Shown here in pieces: positions 62,288 to 64,000 of a DNA stretch of 64,000 nt; position 1 is the first letter of the stretch, and each line of letters opens with the position of its first letter. Under the pieces are notes generated by a model. It was not told where the DNA came from. It saw nothing but the letters and a program-made list of their open reading frames with translations, and searched no databases. A program made the translations under genes and the position numbers. Where the stretch lies: assembly GCA_030390025.1 (NCBI GenBank), contig CM059452.1:8122001-8186000 (forward strand), read 5' to 3'. The DNA comes from Squalus acanthias. Lineage: Eukaryota.

Positions 62288-62822
62288 TGTCGCTGTCCGC
62301 TCTGTAAAAGGGGGGTTGGATATTTGAAGACATCCGTTCTAATCCCCGCCCTCAATAATCTGCTGTCGTGTCTCAGGATGCTCTCACCTCACTTCCTTGT
62401 GTCCCCAGTGGTGCTGTGAGACCGGTAGGTGGTGAGCTGGCTGCCAGTGAATGGAAACACCCCGAGCTGGGCAACAGTCAGTGTCCTTATAGGGGAATTG
62501 TTCCACTTTTAGAGAACGAAACCCTTGTCTGGTTAATGGAACCCGGAAACTCAGGATTGTTAATGATGACAGAAAAAATCCAGCATTAAAGAGAAATTCT
62601 GAAGGACATTGGTCGTGGGGGAACTCTGTGCTTGGGGCCTGTTTTAAAGAGTACAAATCACTACTTTGTGAAATCTGTTCCTTGTGTATAAATTGTCTCT
62701 GGCCCAGCAACATACTCTAATCAAATAAACCCTGTGTACAGGCCGCGATCAATGGGTCCGGGACACTGACAGAGGAGTTGTGTAAAGGGCTGCACAATAT
62801 TGCAGGCAGGCACGGAAGGGAC

Positions 62823-63343
62823 ATCATAGATTCATAGAATCTTACAGCACAGAAGGGGGCTTTCGGCCCGTCGTGCCTGTTTAGTCCCATATCCCAGCTT
62901 TTTCTCGATAACCCTGCAAATTAGTCCTCTTCAAGTACATGTCCAATTGCCTTTTGAAAGTTCCCATGAAATCTGATTCCACCACCCTTTCAGGCATTGC
63001 CTTTCAGATCTTAACAACCCTCTTTGTGAAGAAATGTCTCCTCATTTCCACTCTAGTTCTTTTGCCCATTATTTTAAATCTATTCCCTTTGGTTATCAAC
63101 CCACTTGCCAGAGGAAATAGTTTCTCCCTATTTGCTCTGTCAAAACCCCTCATAAATTTGAATAATTCTATTAGGTCTCCCCTTAACCTTCTCTGCTCTA
63201 AGGAGAACAATCCCAGCTTCTCCAATCTCTCCACATAACTGAAGTCCTTCATTCCCTGGTATCATCCTAGTCAACCTCCTCTGTACCCTCTCCAGGGCCT
63301 AGGCATCCTTCCTATCGTGTGGTGCCCAGAAATGTACACAACA
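62823..63343 (-). mobile_element. CR1 LINE 3' fragment
   Basis: SYVERLEKLGLFSLEQRRLRGDLIE; ATTCTATG tail. Confidence 0.88.
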
Positions 63344-63551
63344 GAGAAAGGACAAAAGGGGAGTTAAGGTGCCACAGACATGATTTGTGAAGTTCATTTT
63401 TATTATAAATACGAGTTGAAATCACCTAAAAAAATCCCCCAGTGGACCTGACCTGTTCTTGTTGAGTGTTGTGATTTGTCGCTCTTTTAAGTATCTCCCT
63501 GTGACTCTCACTGTAGAGGCTGAATTATCGCTGCTGTTTATCGGGGTGAGA

Positions 63552-63565
63552 GCGCCCTCTGGTGA
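63552..63565 (-). promoter_or_regulatory. CTCF-binding motif 24 bp beyond V RSS
   Basis: TCACCAGAGGGCGC on minus strand. Confidence 0.65.
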
Positions 63566-63589
63566 TCACTAACTGCAACTCTCAGTGTG

Positions 63590-63930
63590 GGTTTTTGTAC
63601 GGGATCCGCTATATCTCTGCAGCAGTGTGGGGCTCATGGCACAGAAATACACGGCGGTGTCGGTGACAAGAACCGCGGTGATATTTAAAGGAACCGTTTT
63701 GCTGTCTCTGTGGAAAACAGCAGAGAACCGGCCTGGGAAATCTGGAGACCGGTCTACCGTCCCCGAGCTATATATCCTCAGTAAATATCTCGGAGCTTCC
63801 CCGGGATACTGGATGTACCAGAACAGAGTTGGAGCAGCTGCCGAGTAACTGCAGTTCAATATTATGTTTTTTCCTTCCTGAATCATTAATTCAGACGGAT
63901 CCTGGGACACTGAGTCTTTGCCACTCGTTC
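63590..63930 (-). CDS. TCR alpha-type V exon, open (V 63630-63930; RSS with 24-bp spacer); leader outside window
   Basis: DSVSQDP..LNCSY..LFWYIQYPGEAPRYLL..DTAVYFCAMS; CACACTG-24-ACAAAAACC. Confidence 0.9.
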
Positions 63931-64000
63931 CTGTAACAAAACACAGAATGTGTCAAAAGTCTGGGAGTGAATATAACACTTGGAACACACACTGACCCTT

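Overview
Vertebrate genomic DNA, almost certainly from a cartilaginous fish (shark-type Ig sequences, CR1/L2/Penelope/SINE repeats). Left part (minus strand, ~2.3-16.3 kb) is a shark-style IgH mini-cluster. It has a leader plus a V of IgW type that is already joined in the germline to a D-like tail with a 12-bp RSS, a single JH with a 23-bp RSS, an IgM-type CH1 with one in-frame stop, and an open IgM-type CH2; CH3/CH4 would lie beyond the left edge. A repeat-dense spacer (~17-30 kb) includes a Penelope-like remnant with degenerate telomeric repeats. The right part (~30-64 kb) is an array of at least 12 T-cell-receptor alpha/delta-type V segments or remnants in both orientations, most with 23-bp RSSs and several followed by co-oriented CTCF motifs. 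No TCR D, J or C exons are seen. Most notable: a chimeric IgW-V/IgM-C pre-joined Ig cluster next to a TCR V array, a V segment lacking both canonical cysteines, a satellite that visibly derives from a CR1 LINE, and an inverted Penelope insertion with TSD and hammerhead ribozymes. Family assignments come from recalled motifs, not database searches.
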